A stretch of DNA of 64,000 nucleotides from Bacteroidia bacterium (GCA_014376525.1 JACMRI010000001.1:3871-67870); one strand, 5' to 3'; positions 17,978 to 28,103 are shown, counted from the first letter of the stretch. Numbers and translations: made by a program. Notes: a model not told the origin generated them from the letters alone.

Positions 17978-19414
17978 ATGATAACCACCATTACCAATTT
18001 TTGCAACTCCTATTTTAAAAACACAACAAGTATAGTACACGCATTAGCAGCGCAAGGTAGCGACCGTCAATACTACCGTGTAAGCAACAACAACGTTAAT
18101 TACATAGCGGTGTATAGCCCTGATGTAAAAGAGAATGAAGCGTTTATAAAATTCTCATTACATTTTATTAAAGCCAAAGTACCAGTGCCTACTGTATTGC
18201 ATTTTAACGAGGAGCGTACTATGTATTTGCAAAATGATTTTGGCAATACTTGCTTGTACGATGTGCTTAACAAACAAGGTTTCACTGATGAGATATATGA
18301 TCTTTATAAACAATCGTTAAAAGCACTAGCTAATATGCAAATACAAGGTGTGCAAGACTTTGATACTGCTTATTGCGTTGCGGCCAAAGAGTTTAATCGT
18401 ACAGGGTTCTATGCCGATTTATTATACTTTAATTATTACTTTGTTCGTCCTACTAAAACGCCTTATCATAAAACCGAATTACTTACCGATTTTGATACTT
18501 TGAGCGATTATTTAATGGGTGCTAATCGTTCATTTTTTATGCACCGCGATTTTCAAAGTCGTAATATAATGGTGGCAAATAATGCACCACACGTAATAGA
18601 TTATCAAGGGGGAATGTTAGGCGCATTGCAGTACGATGTGGCTTCGCTACTGTGGCAAGCTAAAGCGCAACTGCCATACGAATGGCGCAATAATTTATTT
18701 GATTATTACTACGAGCAAGCACAACTGCAAAGCACACAAGTGCAAGACAAACTTACATTTACCGACCATTACAACGCATTTGTATTATTGCGCTTGTTGC
18801 AAGTATTAGGCGCGTACGGATTTAGAGGTTTGTTTGAAGGTCGCCCACACTTTATAGATAGCATAGCACCTGCACTGGAAAACCTAAAATGGTTTGTAGC
18901 TAACAAACGTTTGCCTTTAAAATTAAATGCCTTATACGAAGTATTAAACCACATTACTCAACCCGAATTTATAGCACAATTTAAAATAGAAAAAGCCTTG
19001 GCTACAAGCAAACTAAAAGTAACCATAACCAGCTTTAGTTACAAGCGTGCTATACCTGCCGATGTGAGTGGAAACGGAGGTGGCTATGTGTTTGACTGCC
19101 GTGGTGTACATAACCCTGGTAGGTTTGAAGAGTATAAAAAACTCACTGGAAGAGATAAACCTGTAATTGACTTTTTGATGAACAAAACACTTATGCCGCA
19201 GTTTATAAAACACATACAAAACTTGGTGGACATAACGGTGCAAGATTATTTAAAACGAGATTTTGAAAACCTAATGCTTAATTTTGGTTGCACAGGCGGG
19301 CAGCACCGTAGCGTGTTTAGTGCTGATGCTCTGGCAACTTATTTGCGTGAGCGGTATAACTTAACTGTAACCGTAACACATACCGAGCAAGAACTAAAAG
19401 GTTGGATTAACTAA
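17978..19414 (+). CDS. Fusion protein: APH-family (AmgK-like anomeric amino-sugar) kinase N-terminal domain + RapZ C-terminal-like domain
   Basis: N-terminal ~330 aa carry DRQYYRV (nucleotide-binding lysine region) and the Brenner/catalytic motif MHRDFQSRNIMV plus VIDYQGG (DFG-equivalent) of the aminoglycoside/choline-kinase-like phosphotransferase fold. C-terminal ~140 aa carry SFSYKRAIPADVSGNGGGYVFDCRGVHNPGRF ... LTGRDKPVIDFL ... GCTGGQHRSVFSADALATYL, closely matching the conserved motifs of the RapZ (YvcJ/YhbJ) C-terminal domain. Confidence 0.65.
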   Translation: MITTITNFCNSYFKNTTSIVHALAAQGSDRQYYRVSNNNVNYIAVYSPDVKENEAFIKFSLHFIKAKVPVPTVLHFNEERTMYLQNDFGNTCLYDVLNKQGFTDEIYDLYKQSLKALANMQIQGVQDFDTAYCVAAKEFNRTGFYADLLYFNYYFVRPTKTPYHKTELLTDFDTLSDYLMGANRSFFMHRDFQSRNIMVANNAPHVIDYQGGMLGALQYDVASLLWQAKAQLPYEWRNNLFDYYYEQAQLQSTQVQDKLTFTDHYNAFVLLRLLQVLGAYGFRGLFEGRPHFIDSIAPALENLKWFVANKRLPLKLNALYEVLNHITQPEFIAQFKIEKALATSKLKVTITSFSYKRAIPADVSGNGGGYVFDCRGVHNPGRFEEYKKLTGRDKPVIDFLMNKTLMPQFIKHIQNLVDITVQDYLKRDFENLMLNFGCTGGQHRSVFSADALATYLRERYNLTVTVTHTEQELKGWIN

Positions 19415-19416
19415 GC

Positions 19417-20562
19417 GTGGCGGGCATATACATACATATACCGTACTGCAAACAAGCGTGCGTGTATTGCAATTTTCATTTTAGTACACAGCTTGCTACT
19501 ACACAATTAATGGTAGACAGTATAGTTACCGAACTGCAATTGCGCACCACTTATTTTGAGCCACACACTCCTATACACACCATTTATTTTGGAGGTGGTA
19601 CACCAAGTGTACTAACGGTTACACAACTTCAAACCATTATTATAGCCATACAAAAAAACTATAATTGTGCTGAGCTACAAGAGCTTACTATGGAAGCCAA
19701 CCCCGACGATTTATCGTTAGACTATTTACAACAACTAAAACAACATACCCCTGTAAACCGCTTGAGCATTGGCGTGCAGAGTTTTAATGATGATGAACTT
19801 GCATTTTTTAATAGAGCACATAACGCATCGCAAGTACATCAAGCTTTGCGCAATGCGCAGTTGGTAGGTTTTACTAACATTAGTATAGATTTAATATTTG
19901 GTTCGCCCGTAAGTACTACAGCATCGTGGTTACGCAATTTACAATTGGCTGATGAATACGGAGTGCAACATTTATCGTGCTACTCGCTTACGGTAGAAGA
20001 AAAAACGGCATTGGCACATCGTGTAAATTATACAAAGCAAGTAACGTTGAACGAAAGTTTGAATAACCAACAGTTCCAAACCCTTATGGACTATGCCTCG
20101 CAAAACAATTGGACGCAGTACGAAATATCCAATTATTGTAAGCAAGGGTTTGAATCTAAACACAACACGAGTTACTGGCAAGGCAAAACCTTTATGGGAG
20201 TAGGTCCTGCGGCACATTCATACAATGGGGCTACTCGCAGTTTTAATATACATAATAATAATTTGTATATAAAAGCAATGCATAATAATGACTTAAAAGC
20301 TAGCACAGACACCACCGAAATTCTTACCGAAAGTGAACAGTATAACGAATATGTAATGACACGCCTACGCACCCTACAAGGCATAAATAGCATAAAATTG
20401 CAACAACTATTTGGCACTGAAAAACTCACCTATTTTGAAACTGAAATAGCTTATGAAATACATAAGGGTAATATAAAGTATGAGTACTTTAACTACACAC
20501 TTACTTCTGCAGGTAAGTACATTGCCGATAGTGTAGCGAGTAATTTGTTTTGGGTGGAATAA
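19417..20562 (+). CDS. hemW: Radical SAM heme chaperone HemW (oxygen-independent coproporphyrinogen III oxidase-like)
   Basis: CxxxCxxC radical-SAM cluster motif near the N-terminus (IYIHIPYCKQACVYCNF). ~380 aa with the HemN_C-like tail typical of HemW. Confidence 0.8.
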   Translation: MAGIYIHIPYCKQACVYCNFHFSTQLATTQLMVDSIVTELQLRTTYFEPHTPIHTIYFGGGTPSVLTVTQLQTIIIAIQKNYNCAELQELTMEANPDDLSLDYLQQLKQHTPVNRLSIGVQSFNDDELAFFNRAHNASQVHQALRNAQLVGFTNISIDLIFGSPVSTTASWLRNLQLADEYGVQHLSCYSLTVEEKTALAHRVNYTKQVTLNESLNNQQFQTLMDYASQNNWTQYEISNYCKQGFESKHNTSYWQGKTFMGVGPAAHSYNGATRSFNIHNNNLYIKAMHNNDLKASTDTTEILTESEQYNEYVMTRLRTLQGINSIKLQQLFGTEKLTYFETEIAYEIHKGNIKYEYFNYTLTSAGKYIADSVASNLFWVE

Positions 20563-20764
20563 TGAGGATACAAATAGGCTATTCAAACACAGAGATCTAC
20601 CTTTTTACACAACTATTTGAAATGTCAACAATAAAAGTTTCGTTTGCAATTTTCAAACATATTAAGAATAATTAGGTTATTGTGTATGTTTGTAAAAAAA
20701 TTAAGGTGAGTTATATTTATTGTTTCAATTTTAATTAAATCCTATTAAGTTAATTAATCTCCCC

Positions 20765-21847
20765 TTGCCAAACCTCATTTTACATAAAATAAAGCGTACA
20801 AATCAATACCTTATTAGTATTGGTCTTACTATTGGTGTAGCGGTGCTGTGCTACTTATTACCAGCAATTATTGGTTACAAAATTGTAGCACTTATATTGT
20901 TGGTAACTGTGTCGTTTATGGCTATGTTTTTTGATATTGCACCTGTATTGTGTGCATCAATATTGAGTGCTTTAATTTGGGATTATTTTTTTATTCCTCC
21001 TAAGTTTACTTTTTTTATAGCCAATACCGAAGACTTACTTATGTTTAGTATGTATTTTATTATAGCTATGGTAAATGCTATGCTAACATTTAAAATACGC
21101 GCTATAGAAAAAATAGCTACGCAAAAAGAAGGCGAAGAAAACACGCTTAAATTGTACAATACTTTACTCAATTCGTTATCGCACGAATTGCGTACCCCAA
21201 TTGCAACAATATTGGGCGCTACCGACAATTTACAAAGCAACAATAGTAACTTAACAATAACCAACAAAGCCGATTTGCTGGTAGAAATATCTACCGCTTC
21301 GCTTCGATTAAACAGACAGGTAGAAAATTTGTTAAATATGTCAAGGTTAGATTCGGGAGTTATACAACCTAACTTAGACTGGTGCGATATAAACGAGTTA
21401 ATACATGATACCGTAAATAGATTAAAAGAAAATTTGGCACAACGTATCGTAAACATTGAAATAGAAGATGCGTTGGCATTATGCAAACTTGATGTAGGAC
21501 TAATGGAGCAAGTACTTACTAATCTTATACTTAATGCTAACCTATATTGCCCTAAACACTGCATTATTACTGTAAAAGCTACGTTTAAAAATAATACTTT
21601 GATACTTGTAGTAGCAGATAATGGTAATGGTCTTGTTAATGAAGAAATACACAAAGTATTTGATAAATTTTATAGAGTAGCGCACACCAACACCAATGGT
21701 TCGGGTTTGGGTTTATCTATTGTAAAAGGTTTTGTGGAGGCACATAATGGTACGGTAAGTTTGCATAATTGTACAACAGGTGGTGCTGTGTTTACTATTG
21801 CTATTCCTACCGAAATAATGCACATAAATACTATTGAAAACGAATAG
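20765..21847 (+). CDS. KdpD-family sensor histidine kinase, membrane (DUF4118-like) + HisKA + HATPase module only
   Basis: 4-TM N-terminal region, H-box LSHELRTPIATILGATDNL, and N/G boxes LILNANLYCP ... ADNGNGL ... GSGLGLSIVKGFVEAHNG. The adjacent regulator is KdpE-like. The ORF begins with a TTG codon at 20765 and has no in-frame ATG until the membrane domain. The large N-terminal KdpD sensor/Usp domains are absent. Confidence 0.7.
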   Translation: MPNLILHKIKRTNQYLISIGLTIGVAVLCYLLPAIIGYKIVALILLVTVSFMAMFFDIAPVLCASILSALIWDYFFIPPKFTFFIANTEDLLMFSMYFIIAMVNAMLTFKIRAIEKIATQKEGEENTLKLYNTLLNSLSHELRTPIATILGATDNLQSNNSNLTITNKADLLVEISTASLRLNRQVENLLNMSRLDSGVIQPNLDWCDINELIHDTVNRLKENLAQRIVNIEIEDALALCKLDVGLMEQVLTNLILNANLYCPKHCIITVKATFKNNTLILVVADNGNGLVNEEIHKVFDKFYRVAHTNTNGSGLGLSIVKGFVEAHNGTVSLHNCTTGGAVFTIAIPTEIMHINTIENE

Positions 21848-21850
21848 CAA

Positions 21851-22528
21851 ATGAACAATGTAACTGTATTAATTATTGATGATGAAGCCCCAATTCGCAA
21901 GCTACTTACCATAACATTGGAAAGCAACGAATATAAGGTAAGCCAAGCTGCTACTGCACACGAAGGGCTTATGGCAGCTGCTAATCATCCTCCTCATATA
22001 ATTCTGTTAGACCTTGGTTTACCTGATGAGAGTGGACATGATTTACTTATAAAATTACGCCAATGGTACACCAATCCAATTATAATACTATCAGCACAAA
22101 GTACCGAACACGACATTGTAAAAGCATTAGATAATGGCGCAAATGATTACTTAGTAAAACCGTTTCGTACAGGCGAATTATTAGCACGTTTACGCTCTGT
22201 GGTTCGTACTAGTGTTAATAACGATGAAAGTCCAATTATAAACTGCAATGATTTGCAACTTAACTTTGGTACACGTACTGTAACCAAAAATAATATAGCA
22301 GTAAAACTAACTGCCACCGAATATAACTTACTAGCTTTACTCATAAAAAACGAAGGTAAAGTACTCACACACCATTATTTATTAAAACAAATATGGGGAC
22401 CAAGCTACTTGAGTCAATCGCAGTATTTGAGGGTGTTTATAGCACAATTACGCAAAAAAATAGAAGTTGATGCCAACAAACCTTTACACATTATTACTGA
22501 AAGTGGGGTAGGATATAGGTTTATATAA
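21851..22528 (+). CDS. kdpE: OmpR-family response regulator, KdpE-like
   Basis: Receiver domain with phospho-acceptor in ILLDLGLPDESG. KPF and winged-helix C-terminal (LTATEYNLLALLIKNEGKVLTH ... IITESGVGYRF). Strong overall similarity to E. coli KdpE (ILDLGLPDGDG, LSARS, DDYLSKPF). Confidence 0.8.
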   Translation: MNNVTVLIIDDEAPIRKLLTITLESNEYKVSQAATAHEGLMAAANHPPHIILLDLGLPDESGHDLLIKLRQWYTNPIIILSAQSTEHDIVKALDNGANDYLVKPFRTGELLARLRSVVRTSVNNDESPIINCNDLQLNFGTRTVTKNNIAVKLTATEYNLLALLIKNEGKVLTHHYLLKQIWGPSYLSQSQYLRVFIAQLRKKIEVDANKPLHIITESGVGYRFI

Positions 22529-22629
22529 ATCATCTTTACAAAATCTTTATATTAACGTACAACATTTTAATACTGGCTTTATACCATAAGCCCCACTTTT
22601 GCATTGCACAATTTTAATATATATCTGTT

Positions 22630-23211
22630 ATGCAAAAGTTAATAGTATTATTTCTGATTTTAATTTATTACACTACTCCACAATCTTTGGCACAAGTACA
22701 ATGTGAGGGCATATATGTAACTGCTGCTGATTATTCATTAGGTAAATTGTCTTATCAAAGTACACATAATAAATTCTGTAAATTACGTGTACACGAATTA
22801 ACACGTACTGCTACTATTAAACTAATAAGTAAAGATACTGCTATCACATTACTTAAAAATAATGTGTTTGGTTATAGAGATAATCAAAAGATAAACTATC
22901 GTTTTTACAACAATAAATCGTACGAAATGGTAAGTAATTCGAAAAGTATTATGTTATACAAAACTACTTTACTTACGGGTAATAAAGGCGCAGAAACTAT
23001 TGACAAGTTTTTTTTTAGTATTACAACAAACTCCCCTTTATATGCACTTACTATTCAAAATTTAAAAAATGAATTTGCTAACAATACATCGTTTATAGCT
23101 GCTTTAGACCTTTATTTTAAAACCAACAACGAATTATTAAATTATGATACGTTTCATAAACAATATACATTACATTACGTTTACGCATTAACAAACAAAT
23201 TATCTAATTAA
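22630..23211 (+). CDS. Hypothetical secreted protein
   Basis: N-terminal signal peptide (MQKLIVLFLILIYYTTPQSLAQ). No recognisable motifs. Confidence 0.35.
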   Translation: MQKLIVLFLILIYYTTPQSLAQVQCEGIYVTAADYSLGKLSYQSTHNKFCKLRVHELTRTATIKLISKDTAITLLKNNVFGYRDNQKINYRFYNNKSYEMVSNSKSIMLYKTTLLTGNKGAETIDKFFFSITTNSPLYALTIQNLKNEFANNTSFIAALDLYFKTNNELLNYDTFHKQYTLHYVYALTNKLSN

Positions 23212-23216
23212 TTAAA

Positions 23217-24572
23217 ATGAAAATAACAACACTTATTTTTAGTGCGCTATTAAATACAGCTGCATTGGCGCAAGACACAATTAATAATGAAAAAATACCA
23301 TTTGAAGGTATAGATATGACTTGGCAAAATGGAAGCGACAGACGAGACTCCTCCGTTTTTAACAAACTAAACTATTTTACACCAAGTGTGTTAGTAGATA
23401 TAAATTATAATTACAGTTTTGACAACCCTATAGATAATACAGTGATAGGTTCTACGGCATTGGCACGACATAACGAAGTGCAGGTAGCCGCAGTACATTT
23501 TGGTGGCGATTTTAATTATAACGGAGCAAGAGCACGAATTATGACACAGTTTGGAACACGCTCTACCGTTGTACCTCGTAATGATTATAGTCCGTTTCGT
23601 GGACAGTATGATTTGCCAAGTGTGTATCGTTATTTGAGTGAGGCATACGCAGGCTATCACATAAATAAATTGCATGGTATTAATATTGATGCTGGTATGT
23701 TTATGTCGTACATTGGCTTAAACTCTTACTATCAGGCCGAAAACTGGGAATATCAAGCTTCGTTTACATCAGATAATACCCCATGGTTTTTTAACGGAAT
23801 ACGTGTGCAAATACATCCAACAAAACATTTAAAAATAGAAACATGGATTATAAATGGTTGGCAAAGTTATGGTAAGTTTAATGCTTTGCCAGGTGTGGGC
23901 GGAAACATAACATGGTGCCCCAACAATAATTTTAAAATACTAACCAATAACTACTACGGTACAGATGCGGCGGGCATTCCAAGCCGTAAGCGTTTTCATT
24001 CGGACAATAGTATGTTGGTAAAATACTATAATAATCCTACGTCGAAGGGAGTGAGCAAAATGGCATTTTCATTTACTGGAGATTTTGGTTTTGAAAACGG
24101 TGGAGGCGTAAAAGCATTTAACGGAGACTCTGCCACTCCTAGCCAAAATTTTATAAGCGGAATGATTTATAACAGAATATGGTTTAATAAAAACAAATGT
24201 GCGTGGACTGTGGGCGGAGGTGCTATGACTAACCCAGGACGTTACTTAGTATTGTACCCAACTGGTGATGCAAGCCCGTTACCGAACCCTAATAACCCAA
24301 CAACTACTGCAGGCACACACCCATTTAGCGCTAATGCAGGAGACCAATTTAAGGGTTGGGATTGTTCTACCAATTTTGATTTTATGCCTAACCAAAGTAT
24401 AACATTTAGAGTAGAATTTGTACACCGTCAATCTAGCGTTCCGTATTTTGCTGGGCATGGGGGGGTTACATCGCCTACAGGTTATACTACTACAGCCTTG
24501 CCCTCTAATTGGTTACCCGACTTAGTAAAAACTGAAAATAAAATTATAGTAGCCATCCTGTTTAGGTTGTAG
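23217..24572 (+). CDS. Putative outer-membrane beta-barrel porin
   Basis: Signal peptide ending ALAQ. Alternating amphipathic beta-strand pattern, aromatic-rich, ending in a C-terminal F/L-rich strand. Co-localised with kdpDE-type genes, where Bacteroidota often encode a porin. Confidence 0.45.
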   Translation: MKITTLIFSALLNTAALAQDTINNEKIPFEGIDMTWQNGSDRRDSSVFNKLNYFTPSVLVDINYNYSFDNPIDNTVIGSTALARHNEVQVAAVHFGGDFNYNGARARIMTQFGTRSTVVPRNDYSPFRGQYDLPSVYRYLSEAYAGYHINKLHGINIDAGMFMSYIGLNSYYQAENWEYQASFTSDNTPWFFNGIRVQIHPTKHLKIETWIINGWQSYGKFNALPGVGGNITWCPNNNFKILTNNYYGTDAAGIPSRKRFHSDNSMLVKYYNNPTSKGVSKMAFSFTGDFGFENGGGVKAFNGDSATPSQNFISGMIYNRIWFNKNKCAWTVGGGAMTNPGRYLVLYPTGDASPLPNPNNPTTTAGTHPFSANAGDQFKGWDCSTNFDFMPNQSITFRVEFVHRQSSVPYFAGHGGVTSPTGYTTTALPSNWLPDLVKTENKIIVAILFRL

Positions 24573-25256
24573 TATTAAATTAATTAGCCGTGTAAAAAAT
24601 TATTGATCTTAGTTTGATTACACTAAAATTGCTTTTTTATGAAATTAAATATAAAAAAGTAGGTTTAATTTTAATGATGTAGTCAAAAAATTTAAATTTT
24701 AAAAAATAACAATTGGTATGCATAGCAAAACGTTCACGATATGCGTGGGCGTTTTTTGTTGTATATGATTTAAATTTTCTCGGTTACAAGTAATAATCAA
24801 AATTAAATCTAACCCACTTGATGTATATTTACTTTTTAAATTAGGTAAGTAATCCTAAACCAATTACATTATTTGAAGCGAATAGCCTCACGGAAATAAA
24901 TGGTACACGCAAATTTTTAGGGCAATAATTATTAATAAAATTGGGTATAATTTATTTAGAAAAACAATAAATAAATTTTGTGAATGTGTAATTTATAGAA
25001 TTAAAAAAAAATTGAAGAGTAAGTAAGCATCAATTACGATTTGCGAATTTAATTTTTCTTTGTAAAATACACTCACACAACTATGGTTTAGTGCACAAGC
25101 GTTTTAATAATACAATACACTTATTTTTTTTGCTTAGTAACCAAATCTGTCAAATATGTTGATGCTATGATGTGAATAAAAATTTATGTAATCATTAATT
25201 AATTTAGTGTAAACATTATATATTTCACTTTTTAAATTTACGTTATTAATACCCAC

Positions 25257-28103
25257 ATGACCCCTAGCTTTATACATTACGTTTGCGAGTTATTGCAAGC
25301 CCACTACAGTAGCAATTTAAAAAACGTAACCTTGGTTACACCCAACAGGAGGGCAGCATTGTTTTTTAATAAAACCATAAAAGAGGTGTATACCACCACT
25401 ACGTGGTTGCCAAATTATAGCACTATTGAGGAGTTTATCTACACCACAGCACAACTCAAAAGTATAGATAGTTTACAGGCTTTAATGGAATTGTACGCTT
25501 GTCACTTACAACTTAAACCTGATCAAACCTTTGTAGAATTTGCCAAATGGGGCAATATAGCCCTCAATGATTTTAACGATATAGAAAAACACGCTGTACC
25601 TGCTAAGGCAATATTTAATTATTTAACAGAGGTTAAAGCAATAGAACAATGGACGCCACAGTATGGTTTTTCGGCAGATAAACTTACTGAGTTTCAGCAA
25701 AAATATTTTGAGTTTTGGAATTCTCTATACCCTCTGTTTGAATTGTATCGCAAAACATTAATTGAAAAACAAACCGTTACACAAAGTATAGCGGCTAATT
25801 ATGCGTTTGAAAATTTTGACCAACTGGTTAATACTTATTTGTGTAACGATACTACTTATGTGTTTGTTGGCTTTAATGCCTTTACCAAAAGCGAAGAACG
25901 ACTTATAGCCAAGTGTGCACAACAAGGTAATGTAAAATTTGTGTGGGATATTGATAATTACTATTACAAAAACGACAAACATGAGGCAGGACGTTTTTTT
26001 AGAGCTTACATGCAACGAGATATATTTGTAACTAACACTCTTTATTTACCCTCCGAATTAATAGGTCGCAAAACTAATTTGCTTGCAACTACCACTATAA
26101 ATATAACTACTTACCCAGCCGCTAATGGTGCTAATATGGTAGCTATTACCAATAAATTAATTAACCAATTGGTTGATGAAGGAATAGAGCAAGCAGATAT
26201 TGCAGTAGTATTAGCGCAAGAAAATATGTTATTGCCTATGTTATATGCCTTGCCCGAGCGTATAAATTATTTAAACATAACTATGGGTTACCCTGTTAAT
26301 GCTACTATTGCATACCACTTGTGCAATTCGTTTTTTAAGTTGTTTAAAAACATTACCAAAAGCGCTAAGAAAAGCATTTACCATACTTTTTTTACTGAAA
26401 TTATTGGTCATTCGTTAATTAAAAATTACGTGTTGGGTGTACGCAATTACAAAGAAATTAACGACTATTTGATACGTCACAATTTAATTAAAATTACACC
26501 TGAGCAGTTGCACAAGTTGTTAGCGGAGCGTAATATTACCCCATTATTTAGTGCATTGTTTGATAGTGATACTGTTGAAAATAAAATTAACTCGTTGGTT
26601 AATTTGTTAATATACATCAAAGATAAAATAGGAGAAAGCAATGTTATAATTGATAGCTTTAATACGGAATGTTTATCAGCAATTGCAGGTATATTATTAC
26701 AATTAAACAATACGTTAAATACTAATAAGTTAGTAGGAATTAGCTACAACGATATTTTATTATTTTTTAACTCAATGGTTAATAGTATGACGGTAACATT
26801 TAGAGGAGAGCCACTATTAGGTATGCAAATAATGGGTGTGCTTGAAACTCGTATGCTCGATTTTAAGCACGTAATAGTACTTGGAGTTAATGAGGGAGTA
26901 ATACCTGCTAAGGGTGGTGTGTCGTCGTTTTTAACGTATGATGTAAAACTTAATTTTGGTATGAATAGTAGTGCTGACAACGATTCTATATTCTCTTACC
27001 ATTTTTATCATTTACTTAAAAGATGTAGTAGCGCACACTTATTATACATTGAGGGGGAGAGTAATAATGAGGTGCACGAAAAAAGTAGATTTATACTTCA
27101 AATAGAAAATGAATTGCTTAATGTGAACAAAAATATTAATTACAGAAAAATTAACTATTCGGTTAATGATATTAATAGTGTAATAAATGATTGTATAACC
27201 ATACAGAAAACACCCGATGTAATGGATGGTGTAAAACAAAAATTAAGCAAGGGTATGTCGCCTACTGCATTTGCTTCGTACATAGCGTGTCCGTTGCAGT
27301 TTTATTTTAAATACGTACAAAAATTATACGACGATGAAGAACTTACAGACATAGTAGATAGTAAGGATTATGGTTCTATATTTCATCAAACTATAGAATT
27401 ATTGGTGGCACCTTATTTAGGCAAAGAACTTACCACAACAGATATAACACAACTTAAAAAAGACACTTCCAAAACTATAAAAGAGGCCTATTTTATAATT
27501 AAAAAAAATAAAGACTATGATAGTGGCGAAAATTTAATAACAATAAATACTATTGAGTACCAACTGCGCAAGTATTTTGATTTTGAGTTAAACCAATTAA
27601 ACTCCAACAATACTTTAGTAATAGCCGAGATAGAAACCGATTTAAAACATCAACTTACCATTAATGATACGCTTGTGCAACTTACTGGTAAGGCAGATAG
27701 GCTGGACTTGCGCAATGGCATAGCAACGATATTGGATTATAAAACTGGCAAGGCATTAAAGAGCGATTTAATAGTTAAATCAATGGTCACATTGTTTGAA
27801 AATTATCAACAAAAAATTGCACTTCAAACATTTTTTTATTCGTATTTGGTGCATCAACAAAAGCCACAAGCCCTGGCATCGTGCGTATACAGTACTAAAA
27901 ACAGTAAGGACGGTTTGTTGTACTTAAATTATAATGGTGCTGCGTTGCTTGGTGAGCAAGACTTTGCGGAGTTTGAACAAAATTTAATAACGCTCTTAAT
28001 TGCTATTTTAGATACAGATGTGCCCTTTACCCAAACTGATGAAGTAGCTAAGGTATGTAGCTATTGTTCGTTTAACACTATTTGCAACAGAGAAACATTG
28101 TAA
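25257..28103 (+). CDS. PD-(D/E)XK nuclease family protein, AddB/RexB-like (inactivated helicase-like N-region + RecB-type nuclease C-domain)
   Basis: 948 aa. C-terminal nuclease motifs GKADRLDL ... ILDYKTGK (D...D-Y-K). Terminal Cys cluster VAKVCSYCSFNTICN (AddB-type Fe-S). No Walker A in the N-region, consistent with a degenerate helicase. Confidence 0.65.
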   Translation: MTPSFIHYVCELLQAHYSSNLKNVTLVTPNRRAALFFNKTIKEVYTTTTWLPNYSTIEEFIYTTAQLKSIDSLQALMELYACHLQLKPDQTFVEFAKWGNIALNDFNDIEKHAVPAKAIFNYLTEVKAIEQWTPQYGFSADKLTEFQQKYFEFWNSLYPLFELYRKTLIEKQTVTQSIAANYAFENFDQLVNTYLCNDTTYVFVGFNAFTKSEERLIAKCAQQGNVKFVWDIDNYYYKNDKHEAGRFFRAYMQRDIFVTNTLYLPSELIGRKTNLLATTTINITTYPAANGANMVAITNKLINQLVDEGIEQADIAVVLAQENMLLPMLYALPERINYLNITMGYPVNATIAYHLCNSFFKLFKNITKSAKKSIYHTFFTEIIGHSLIKNYVLGVRNYKEINDYLIRHNLIKITPEQLHKLLAERNITPLFSALFDSDTVENKINSLVNLLIYIKDKIGESNVIIDSFNTECLSAIAGILLQLNNTLNTNKLVGISYNDILLFFNSMVNSMTVTFRGEPLLGMQIMGVLETRMLDFKHVIVLGVNEGVIPAKGGVSSFLTYDVKLNFGMNSSADNDSIFSYHFYHLLKRCSSAHLLYIEGESNNEVHEKSRFILQIENELLNVNKNINYRKINYSVNDINSVINDCITIQKTPDVMDGVKQKLSKGMSPTAFASYIACPLQFYFKYVQKLYDDEELTDIVDSKDYGSIFHQTIELLVAPYLGKELTTTDITQLKKDTSKTIKEAYFIIKKNKDYDSGENLITINTIEYQLRKYFDFELNQLNSNNTLVIAEIETDLKHQLTINDTLVQLTGKADRLDLRNGIATILDYKTGKALKSDLIVKSMVTLFENYQQKIALQTFFYSYLVHQQKPQALASCVYSTKNSKDGLLYLNYNGAALLGEQDFAEFEQNLITLLIAILDTDVPFTQTDEVAKVCSYCSFNTICNRETL

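Noticed and set aside
20983-21654. 223-aa minus-strand ORF antisense to the KdpD-like kinase
   Set aside because: Fully contained in a well-supported gene on the other strand. No motifs.
20765-21847. Full-length KdpD annotation for the sensor kinase
   Set aside because: The ORF encodes only the membrane + HK module (~360 aa), and the upstream 200 bp are non-coding. The N-terminal KdpD/Usp sensor domains are not present here, so only a KdpD-family C-terminal module can be claimed.
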